64,000 nucleotides of DNA from Catajapyx aquilonaris. Lineage: Eukaryota. Position 1 is the first letter of the stretch. Each line of letters opens with the position of its first letter. Under the pieces are notes generated by a model. That model had not been told where the DNA came from. It did not search any database and saw only the letters and a program-made list of their open reading frames with translations. A program made the position numbers and the translations under genes. Positions 10,657 to 21,848 of the stretch are shown in pieces. The DNA lies in assembly GCA_000934665.2 (NCBI GenBank), contig KZ537969.1, forward strand, positions 186,001 to 250,000, written 5' to 3'.

Positions 10657-13600
10657 TTTGTGATTTTATTATAATAATATTTATTATTCCCGGTATTATG
10701 TTGCATGGCAGCGAATTAAGATGTTAAAGTTGCACATATACATGTCGCCATTCAAATTTAAATCCCCTGCAAATTTTTTGCATACCAGCCGGTCCCCTTT
10801 GTGAGCAGCCGGAATTTTTTTTTTGCACGTTTTACGACAGCCTTTGCGAATCCGTCCGAAAACCAAACGGCGGAACGGACTGAAAGGGCAAAATTGTAGA
10901 GGATGCGACAGAAGCAGGTTTTTGAAATTACTATGTAGATCTGCAGGTGGTCCCAAGTTTTTTTTTTTTTTTTCATTGGGCACACACAGTCGGCGAAAAT
11001 GGGCTTGCTGCAGGTCACGATCGTTGGTTTCCGGATGGTTGCCCCCCATTATTTATCAGCTCGATTTCACTGGGACAAAAAGATATTTCGGCGGAGGCTA
11101 ACGGGCTTCCAGTGGGCTATTCCTCAAGATGATCTTCGTGGCCGAGGGAACCGGCGGAACAGGATCAAAAAAGCGTGACAGTGATGGTTGATTGTTATCG
11201 CGCCTTGTAATGGGCGCGATAGCGTGAGGAATGGCTCCCGATTGATCTTTGCAAGGAATAGTGTCAGGGCGAAGTGTTAGCATAAGAATGTACCGGTATG
11301 TCACTCTCCGGTAAAAAGTCGTGACCACCTCTATATGCATATGTGATATGGACTTGTGCTCTCGAGCTTTTTTTTTTTCATTTTTTTCCTGACATGACAC
11401 AAGTTTTTTTTAAATGGTGTCGTTGGCCCCTGGGATGCTGGGAATGCTTCGGTCACGTTTTCTGCCCAAATGGCGTCCCACATCGGATCCGTTGTTTTGC
11501 TGGGTGTCAGCAGGGTGATGGCCATTTCATGAGAACCACTGGGCATGGCAGTGTCATTGCTGGACATTGTTATGTGGAACGTGTGCGATTTTTTTAAATG
11601 CTGTTAAAATTCATGGGCGGTGCAACTTTCGTGTGGAGAAATGCGTTTCAGGGTATACATTCGAATTTTTTTAAAAAGAGTTTTACTGCTTTTGGCCTCA
11701 TTTCGAGAAAATAGGGGAATCAATTTATGCTGATTGAATGGACCACGCCTGCACACGTGTATGAAAGGGAACCGTTGTGGGTCCTACCCTTATGGACGCA
11801 AATTATAAGGAGGGTTTGGCTCATACGACGTGAATAAGGAGGCTTAATTTTGTATCATTTGGAGGTAACTACCGGCTGGTTACAACCGGTTGAAAATGTA
11901 CCGGGGGGGNGGGGGGGATTTCGAGCCATGTCAGGTCGACTCTGGGAAGACGTATATCGTGAAAACTTCTTTTTCCACATTTATGGAATGAGGTGGAAAC
12001 TTCAGGAAAGTCACGACACAGTGTATGTTTTGTAGTCGTAAAATTACTTGGGTAACCTATGTTCGCTGTATACTACCAGTAATTACTGTCGTTAGCAAAA
12101 ATTGAATTGGGAGCAACAAGTTATATTGGCTGTAAATATAGCGTGTCATTGACCAACTAACTTCAAGACATCCTGGAAAAAAAAATGACAAGATGACTAA
12201 TCTATAAATGGCTATCCGATGTATACATTCACAGATGAACATGTGAATAAAAAGTGGGAATAATATGCAGAGACACGAGTGTGTCTGCCCTTGACTGGAA
12301 GAATGGTTTATCAGCATATCCTCCTTCCGCGATGTCCCAAACTTATGCAGCAGGGAGTTGTCACCGACTTCCATGAAAGGCATCGCTTGATTGTAAAGGA
12401 CACACAGTATGACATGTCTTCAAATGGCTAACTGTACACACGAAGAATACGCCCACATTTCATGTATATTCCATGTTTTCTAGCCCAACATGCACCGCTT
12501 TCTTTATGACAAGATGTCCACCCGTTTTTTTGAGAGAAACCCAGTGAAAACTGGCGACAGCATGTAAATCACCTGCTTGTCCGTGTCCTATTTTCACGGT
12601 ACATGGCCCTACCCCCATATGCAACCCAGAGGCGCGTATTTCAACCGGAGCAATTAGGACCTCACTAACTAATGGCCGGTCCGAACAAAAAAGGGCTGAG
12701 GAAGTTGTGTAGCCCCAAGCAGTGGCAATTCCAAGGTGCGGAACCCGTTATGTTGTCCTAGAGGGGCCCAGTTTGATGCCGGACAATGGTCAGCTGGATC
12801 CATGTCCGGATATTTTGATCAGCACCCATAGAGGGGCTTTCCTGACCTTGTCCTTGGCTACTACGGTTCTTTGTCATTCACGACCACTTTCTCCAGTTTT
12901 GCAAAAAATTTTGCGCTTGATATTTTCCCTCTCTAATATATAAAAAAAAGTGGGCGTGGGCAACCCCTCCTTAGAAAGTGCGTCTTCATGAGGGATGATT
13001 ATAGGGGTCAGAGTAATTAGAACCGGCGTGACTTACCAACAGTTTTGGGGGGTGGCCCATTGCGGCGGAAAATTATGCAGATCCGATATTCAAATTGCAG
13101 GTGGCAAATAGCAACTTTGACACAAGAATTTTTAAAGATGGGAGGTCAACGGACGGATTTTTACGTCGTTTGGGAAGAAGAAGAAGAAAAAAAAGACCGT
13201 TGGTGACGAATCGGTCCTGCAGCATTGTCATGGGTCAGGCTTAGGAGAACGGGAATCGGGGGAGACAAAAGACACATGACGACACGTGTCACGTGCGACG
13301 GTGCTAAACTTCCTGAAAACGCTGGACATCTTGCGGCTCTTTGTTCCTATGGGATTCTTGGGCGCATCTTCCGCATCCGAGTTGTTTTTCCATAACCGCG
13401 ATGCGATTTTTTTTCTTTCTTTTCTTCAAAGTGTACCGTAAGGAATGTTATCAAGGGTGGATATTCTGGTGTGAACTGCAATTTGGGGAGGAAAAAGTAA
13501 ATAAGTTGCAGGTATGCTTTTATTATGATGAATGAATGGCTTTGTTTGAGGTGAAGGAGGGGCAAAGACCGGGCGTAATTGACTTTGGGAGACCATTGTC

Positions 13601-14983
13601 TGTGACGATATATTCGCATGGCTTTTTGTCGATTTCTCAAGGTACGGCTGCTTTTGAGGGGGTATTGAATTAATTTGATGGGCTTCATCGATTGTGGCTG
13701 GAATGAGCAGGATTAATGGTTTGGGTGACGTCACGCACGGGTACACCGCCTGGAGGAGGAAAACAATGGAGTGATACATAGTTTCAAGGAATCTGAGAGT
13801 CATCTTAAGTTTTTAGTAGGGGGGTCGGAAATTTGTATTGCCCTCATCAATCTTTGTTGAAATTGCAGGGTGGTTCAATGCCAAGTGACTTGGGAAATTC
13901 CGAGGAAAACATTTTTGCGATTTCAAGGTCAGTGGCGCAGAGCCGGGCAAAATAATATAGCGCATTTTTCTAGTGTCTTACACCCTATAGTCAACAGGCC
14001 TTTAGAAGTATTCTTCAAGACATGCACACGTGCCTGGAGTTAACAAATGGTATGCCATGTTCATATTTGACACCTTTCATTGCGCCTCCTTTTGTTGTTT
14101 GGCCACAGTTGGGACTACGCCTCGAGAAAAACCGCTGTATTGATGAGCGTCCTGAATCGCTTGACATATACGGCAATAAGTTAATGCGGAAACATAAAGG
14201 AGGTAACGCGGTTTGCCGTACACCTGTTGACATTCTTGTCCGCCTTTTAAATATATTTTTTTTAAACGTACCGTATATCAAAATGAGCATCCTTGTTCTC
14301 GAGAGGAAATGGTGTAGCCGGGGATAGCCGATTAGCCATTATTTCCACCCCGTGTTATCTCACAAATATGTAGGTCGCAGTCTTGGCGTACTGCATATCT
14401 AATTCGTATACCCCCCCCCCCCAAAATATATGCGAAACATTCCACAAATACTTAGTGAAAGGCGAAAAGGGTCAGGCACGAACACACCAGTGTCTTGACC
14501 TCAGAGCCCAATCTTGCGTTTCGGTTCGGCCAATTGATCGGGGAATAACACCATCACCCGAAGAAGACGAAGAAAAAAAAAAGGAAGGGTTGGGCGAGGA
14601 AGTGGAACGGACATGAAAGGAACAAGGGGAGAGGAAGGATCTTAGGGTTAGATAGGGGGGGAAGGAGATAAGGAAAAAAAAAAGGAGCATCCCGAGCATA
14701 AAAAGTGGCGTGCGAGGTCATCACTTTCGCACTTTCTGGAGGAATTAATTGTCGGATGGTAATATCTGGATGGGTCCTATAACCAGAGGGCAATGTCGCA
14801 CTACTACCAGAACCAAGGGGATGCAGTATCTTAGGTTCTCCACCCCTTGCATCCTGTAGCTTTTAGTAGAAACCCTCTTCATCCTCCCCTCTTGATGGTC
14901 GTAGTTGGCAGCTCAAGAGGAAACCAGGAGCAGAGCCAAAGACCCTTTGGTCGATGGCTTTTGGCTCCTGAAGGGGGGGGGGG

Positions 14984-15204
14984 NNNNNNNNNNNNNNNNN
15001 NNNNNNNNNNNNNNNNNNNNNNNNNNNNNNNNNNNNNNNNNNNNNNNNNNNNNNNNNNNNNNNNNNNNNNNNNNNNNNNNNNNNNNNNNNNNNNNNNNNN
15101 NNNNNNNNNNNNNNNNNNNNNNNNNNNNNNNNNNNNNNNNNNNNNNNNNNNNNNNNNNNNNNNNNNNNNNNNNNNNNNNNNNNNNNNNNNNNNNNNNNNN
15201 NNNN
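14984..15204. other. Assembly gap (221 N) flanked by homopolymer runs
   Basis: N run with poly-G on the left and poly-T/poly-G on the right. Confidence 0.99.
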
Positions 15205-15448
15205 TTTTTTTTTGAGGGGGGGGGGGGGAATTCGGATCATTTTTACTCCCAGCTTACTGCGGTGTACCCTTGTTGGCAGGTATATCCCAAGCTACGTCAC
15301 GGATTGGCTGGATGGGAAACACAGGTAAAAGCCGGCGTATGCCTGTTCCAGACCTTGACCACCAATCGGAGGCTACTCTTCTTCCAAGCAACAATTTTCC
15401 AAGCCGCCCCCGCCTACCAACCACCACCCCCTTTCCTTTCACGTGAAC

Positions 15449-15456
15449 TATATAAG
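15449..15456 (+). promoter_or_regulatory. TATA box of Jupiter first exon A
   Basis: tatataag about 110 nt upstream of the ATG at 15561. Confidence 0.55.
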
Positions 15457-15560
15457 AGGCAGAAGCGTGTGTTGAGGACAGGTTTTCTGTGCCGGTGCTC
15501 CAACTTAGGACCGTTTTTTTAAAAATAGTTTCGGTTTTTTTTTGAGACTAAAGTCTGACA

Positions 15561-18500
15561 ATGGCTGTGTATGCCTCGTTTCGTCATGTGGAACTCGACA
15601 ATGTAGGGACTGGGAAGAAGAGGTCAGTAAGAAGCTCGTGAGTTTTTGGGATTTTTTATACATTTTTTGGGGTAGATATTTTTTTTTCAGTAGTGCCCAC
15701 ACCCCACTCTTGAATGCTTATTGTCTGGGGCTTGTCACGCTATGGGCTTTGTGCGGGGCTTCCTCGTGTGCAGTGTCCACCTGGCTGGTTATTGACCCTT
15801 GCAGACGGATATTGGGTTGTAGGGGGGGGGGGATTCACGTCAAGATTGGGCTCTTCGATCTTTCAAACACGGCAGTGCGGAAGTGTGCCATTGAGCGTGA
15901 TATGTATGCAATGTTTCTGAGTCATTCCTGGGATATCTGTGGGTGTCGAACCTATATGTTATGGCTGGTTTAAATTCCACTCGTGTGAGTGATTGCTTGT
16001 CCTAGGTGGGTTTTATCGGGTGTAATCAGTGACGTTAGTGTTGCTCACCTGCCGATAATCTTAGTGTTCGCGTAGATTGTACTGAATATATGAGAAGCTG
16101 CGCAGAAAAATTTAAACCAATTTACTGCATTGTTACGTTTTTTTATTCGCCCTAATAGTCACTTTTTTTTTTGAAAAAAATGTTACAATCTGACAGTGAC
16201 TGGCATTGTTGACAAGAAGCCATCTCATAATTAGAGGTCGACTGCAGTATTCGATTTATGGCAAAATTGCGAAAATTTTATTACAGCGGTACTTGCTTTA
16301 TCATACAACGTGGAAATAATTTATGGTAATTTCTAAATAATTACCGCCATCAGCTAAACCACGAGTGACCCCACTTTCTGTTTTACCAACAATCGTTTTG
16401 CGAAACTAGTTTTTTTTTTGGCGACAGTGATGTACGAGAGCATTATAGTTGCGACCCAGCACATGTTCCACTAAAACAAACAAACTGGTCACGTGAAACA
16501 ATGCAGCAAAAACGGTGTCTTCCGGTCTGCGACTAAGGGAACAACTTTCTACCTGCTCATCACCTGACTGATTCTCAGCCCCAGATTTTTTTTCTTCTTC
16601 TTCTTTTTCTCAGAGACTGTATCGGGTCTGGGCCCCACCTTGAGGTAAGGTCAGCTGATGTGGATGGAATCCAAAGAGGGCAGTGGGCTTTACAACATAG
16701 CGGGGTATACCTTCGAGAATTTTAAACCGGTCCTCCCAGGTGGGCAACCACCTTGCGGGGGTGCCGGTATGGGCCGTACATACGGGAGGAGAAGCCGTGG
16801 GAAATCTAAGGAATTTCTAGAACCGGATCTAAAATTAATCAGGAAATTGGCATCGACCTTAATTTTTTTTAAATAGATTGAAAAAAAGCGAGTGGCTTCT
16901 AATCTAGTTCTCATGCCCTGTAACGGGGAAAGGTGTCACATTTCCAGGTCTGGATTTAAAACCAGTGTGCGTGAGGGATTCCAGGCCGGTCATTAGAGGG
17001 GCATTACCGGAATGTGTTTTTCCACTCGAGACAAGCTGGCACAGATGTTTGGTTAGCTGATTAGATACGGCTCAGGGGGGGTTTTAGCAGGATGGAACTA
17101 CTGGCCGATAGAGAGGAAGGACCCACTTCCTCTCTGATTAAGAGGTGAGAAAAACCGGTTGTATTTTTCCTGCGTGGTTTAAACCCACCACTTATAGTGC
17201 CAAGAGGGGAAAAAGGCTGAGTCGCGAGATGTATTCTGGGGATCAAGTGAGATTTCACACGTCACCTTTGTTTTGCTGTGTCAACCAGAGTTCATCAGGG
17301 TGAGTCACAGCTTGCACAACATATGCACAAAATACATGGCGCAATTATTTGTACTTGCACTTGGGGAAAAAAATGGGCATCAAATTCACCGATAAGGGGC
17401 CGGAAAATCTGAGAGGGGGCAAACAAAAATGGTGGGGTGTCATAAATAAAAGATAAGGTGTCCAACCAAGCGGTAAACCTCGGGCAATTGAAGAGAATGG
17501 GGAACAACGGTATGTCTTGGGAGATAATGCAGATGGTGATGAGGATGATGCTCACGGAGTTGCAACCTGCAGAGCACTTGGGGAGTCACGATTCACAACC
17601 CAAAGTCACGACCAAGGTATCAGGGAAGTGTTAGTATGATGTGGAGAAGAAAAAAAAGAAGGTAACTGGACTTGCTCCAGAACAAATCGGTTTTCTCGCT
17701 CTAAAAATGGGGCCGCAGTGTCAATGGGTGAAAATATGGGTGGGCAAGGACAATGTAGAAATTATTCCGCGGTCAATAAGCAATTCGACAATTGTTTCGT
17801 CCTTCAGCCAGCCGTGAGGGCAATGAGGAAGCGCAACAATGCAATACGAAATTAATTATTATTTTTTTCTGGCCTTTTTTTATTACAGTGAGAAACACCC
17901 AATTTTTTTCATGGCCACTATATTACGAGTATTTAGCTATTTTTATGCAATTGCGCATGCACCGTGTGAGTATCGATTTCGTTCAACAGGTGCTTGTGGG
18001 ATATTCCCGGTGACAGGACATGGGAGGCCCCCAATTTGGCTTAAAATTGGCCCACCTGAGTCATGTGTCAATGACTGGGTAGGCCGGGTGGGGTTTAACT
18101 ATAAAAGGGGCCGTGTGCAGTGTGGTGGGTGAATCAGAGCTGATAGAGAGACGCGGTTGGCCTTAGAAGAACTTGGCAGTGCCAGCGAGGCGGTTCAATA
18201 GGCCGGTTGTGTGTAGAAGGAAGGTTACGGAAAGGGGCTGACCAGTGGTAACCAGTTGGGAATCCAGTTAGCAAGATGGCTCAGCAACAGAGGTATTGTA
18301 GGAAGGAAGTTGTATCTGGGGGGAATTTTCTGTGCTTTTGGTTGGAATGTGTAGGTATGTGCAGGGTTTGTTGTACCGTGATGCCGTTCCAGGGTGATGA
18401 AGCCCCCAGGAGGTGACAGTCATGATTTGTTTGGGGCTGAGTTCAAGGGCACCCCGTGCCACAACAGGCAAGTTTTGATTGGAAGAGTGTCTGCTGGGTT

Positions 18501-19593
18501 AATATGCTTTAACCCCATTTTTTCCCTTAACTATACAGCATGTTTCATGCTCGGCGACACTGGAAATTCCTGGTGATGGTTGGCATGGCTTGGGATTTTT
18601 TTTTAGAAGGATTAATGCTTTTCTTGCACGGTTGACCTGCGCTTTGGTGTGGGGATGTGAGTCGAATTGGTTTTAATGGGGGTTTTGTTTTACCAGGGTG
18701 ATCCAGCCTCCCGGTGGCACATCCAGCGACATCTTCTCTGAGACTCCGGATCAGAATGGGGCTCCACGTAGAGTGAAGGATCGTATGGCGTCCAACATAT
18801 TTGCCAATGGGGAGGAGAACGGAGCCAACGGAGCACAGAGCAAGATCACTACTCCGACCCGTGCTCGCCCTGATGATGCCTCCTTCGACCGACTATTCGG
18901 CAAGGCCCCACCGACGCCTACCAGGGCCAAGGCTTTCCTGCAGAGCTCCATCTCCATGGAGGACATGGAGCCCAGGACTCCATATGCAGGGACAAATGGC
19001 CACCACAATGGCAATGGTGTGGCTAATGGCAACCACTCCCCAAGTGAGTACAGTCCTAAGTGCAGCTTTTGCATGTTGCTGTATACTTGCCACTTGTAAC
19101 TGTTCATAATTCACGTTGGTGCGAGGGTGCTTGGGTTTAGTGGGAAACTGTGACTAACTACCACCGGAAACACCTGTCACGACAGTTAGCCGGTTGCTTT
19201 GCATGCTGGATGTTGGCTTGTTGCAGGGCGTCAGTCAACGGCACACATGAACCCACTGACTGGTGATGGGTATGATCCCCAGAAAATGGCCAAGCGGAAC
19301 AGTAGGAACCGAGGTAATGGTGGAGGCCTAACCAACCATCCGCACTCTTTATGCTTTCGTGCACATTTCCACAGGGGCTTAACTGTTTGCAGATGATCAG
19401 CTTGAGTGTCATGAGGAATGCTGCCACTGGGTTTTCTTGTTAATAGAGAAACTCACTATCGTGCTTTATGACAGGTGGAAACGGCAACCCGGTGACTGGC
19501 GACGGCTATGCAGAGGAACCTGTGAAGGACGCCGCCAGCAAGTTGCCAAAGGCCCGAGTCCCACCCGGAGGATATGCTACCAAGTTGTGGTGA
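15561..19593 (+). CDS. Jupiter: Microtubule-associated protein Jupiter (JPT/HN1 family), about 229 aa; exons 15561-15622, 18393-18467, 18697-19043, 19227-19313, 19475-19593
   Basis: First exon MAVYASFRHVELDNVGTGKKR resembles the insect Jupiter isoform start. Repeats RVMKPPGG..DLFG and RVIQPPGGTSSDIF, two NP(L/V)TGDGY motifs, and C-terminus RVPPGGYATKLW*. Phases are consistent (690 nt). Confidence 0.92.
18100..18292 (+). other. Jupiter: Jupiter alternative internal promoter and first exon B (coding 18276-18292, MAQQQR)
   Basis: TATAAAA at 18100 with CCAAT-like boxes at about 18030-18050. aagATGG start at 18276 with a phase-2 donor AG|GTATTG that fits the phase-2 acceptors at 18393 and 18697. 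Confidence 0.65.
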
Positions 19594-21848
19594 TTTCCTC
19601 ATCCGTCGGTCACAGCGAGATAGCAGGAGAGGAGAAAAAGAAAGGAAAAAAAAAGCCCCCTTCTGAAACTGTTTCAAAAGCCATTACTTTCACAGCACTT
19701 TAATTTGTACGGGGATTTGTATTTTTGCAGATGGAAGTGTGTTTTAGATCATGGCCTTAAGCAAGTTTGGCATATTTTGTAGTTTGGGTTTAAGGGAAGA
19801 AGAATTGTGCAGTGCACTCTGATGACTAGGGGAGTCCAGTGTTCTTATCAGCAAAATTTCAGTGCATATGATTGATGGGTTGCCCATATTATTATACATG
19901 CAATAATCTGAAAATTTAGTACTTTGCAATTTCAAGCTAAGACCTATGATGCCATTTTAAATATCCGTTAAAATAATTTTGACGGCCATTTAAAAATGTT
20001 CAAGCAGTATGAATACCAATTATTGGTATCCATAACGCCTTGAAAATTTTGATATGAGCAAAACCACAAGTCAAGACAATGCTGGATTTTTGTTGCCAGG
20101 AGCATTGATTCCACACGTGAACTGTGCAACTCTTGCTTCCTCTTTCAATCCTAAAAAGTTCACGCTTGCTGCACTTTTACTCTTATCATGCCCTTTTTAT
20201 ATAACCTCCTCCTAAAATGGCAAAGTCCATAACAATTTATGAGCATATCACATGAAATTGTACATACCCGTATTTATTAAAAATTCTGTAAAGAACTATC
20301 ACTTTTTATTCCCATCAAACCGAGGGGTTGTAGGTGGCTTCCCCCACAACTGTCCCTCAGTCCATCCTGTCCGTGTGTCACAAATCTGGGCTGTGATCAC
20401 AGTCTGACTACTCACCTTCCTCCATCACAGGCGGCTGTGGAATTCCTTAACCAAAACCTGACCCCCAGAAAAGATTGATATTATTGCTTTCCGATGTCAC
20501 ATGTTACTGGATTTGTTAATTGTGCATGTGTCATTTGAGACTGACTGTCCTTGTCACTGTGAAATAAGTAGTTGTTGCAGTATTTAACTGGACTTTTGAG
20601 AGGAACAATCTGCTATGCTAAGGGGAGGTTGAACACGATAACAGACGATAATCTCAAGTGAGACTTATTGTTGGGAACAATTGGTACATTATTACATTGT
20701 TGGTTACATTTGAGACTGCTCGGTGGACTATGTGATTGATAGTATAATTATCCAAATACTGTAATATTTATTCTTGCTATTCATTGTTTCAAATATTGCT
20801 ATCATGGAAAGTGGCTGGTGTGTGTGATCAGTGGTAAATCCAGAAGTAGTAGGTGAACCTTGTTATTCATTGCTCATATAAATATTGCAAATAATAACAA
20901 GGGCCTGCTCTCGATAACACTCCAACCTAACAGGAATCAACCATTTGTTCAAGATTTACTATCATACGACAAACTGGCTTTCACATGTCCGACATAGTGG
21001 AGCCGGCCAAGAGCTGTATTTTGCCCGCCCTCCCGGAGATGAACGTAGCTCCACTGATGCGAGGCAAAATGATCTGCACTGTAAATGTCACAAGTTTTTA
21101 TTCACGTTATAGAAATACACAAAGTTCTTACAGCTTATTTTACAAAATGACAGGTTTTTGTTTAGTATAAAAAACGTGGCACAAAAAAATTGAATTGCCT
21201 ACATGGCCTTGTACCCGCGTGACTTGTTAGCTTTCTTGGTTAGTCTAATAATGATTGTTCTGGTTATTTTTACCCACACCTTATAACTTGATACAGTATA
21301 TGACTTTATTTCCATAAAATTGCCAAATGGATCATGATTGCACTTGAATTTAAACTTGTACAGTAAATCAGGAGTGAGGCCATTCGTAGCAATGTGGGAA
21401 ACTGCTGTGGTGCACTTGGTGCATTGTTTGCCATTCAATAGCCTGTGCAACTTGTGGCTTACTGAGGTTTGAGCATGTGCATTGTAAACCTGCTGGTCGG
21501 AAGGGGGATCGGTGTTAGACTAGGCATCAGAGCCAATTGTTGGGAGCTGTTCATCAGCAGTGGGGGAGAGGGAACTGAGGTACTTGAATACAGATTTTCT
21601 TCTCTTTTTTTTTTGTATTTTGACAACGACTAGAATTCTAAAAGCGTATGCATAAGCAGGCTTACTGTTGAAACAGATGCAAAAACATTTTTGCCACTGT
21701 CGCAGTCTTTACAGTGTGCTGGAGGACTCGGTCTCTTGAAGGACGACTAGAGATAGTGACATGTTCCAAAGTCCTCGCCAGTTAAGAGAACCGTTTGGGT
21801 CCGCCTCACTTTTACCATTCATATCCCACTTACAACCCTGAGGTAGAC

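Noticed and set aside
14870..14975. Possible hammerhead ribozyme (stem followed by GAAAC)
   Set aside because: The CUGAnGA catalytic core is absent.
14847..15522. ORFs spanning the N run
   Set aside because: Artefacts of the assembly gap.
16614..16644. 31-nt segment with strong acceptor and GTAAGG donor inside the Jupiter locus
   Set aside because: Not frame-preserving after exon A. It could be a poison or UTR exon, but cannot be supported without RNA data.
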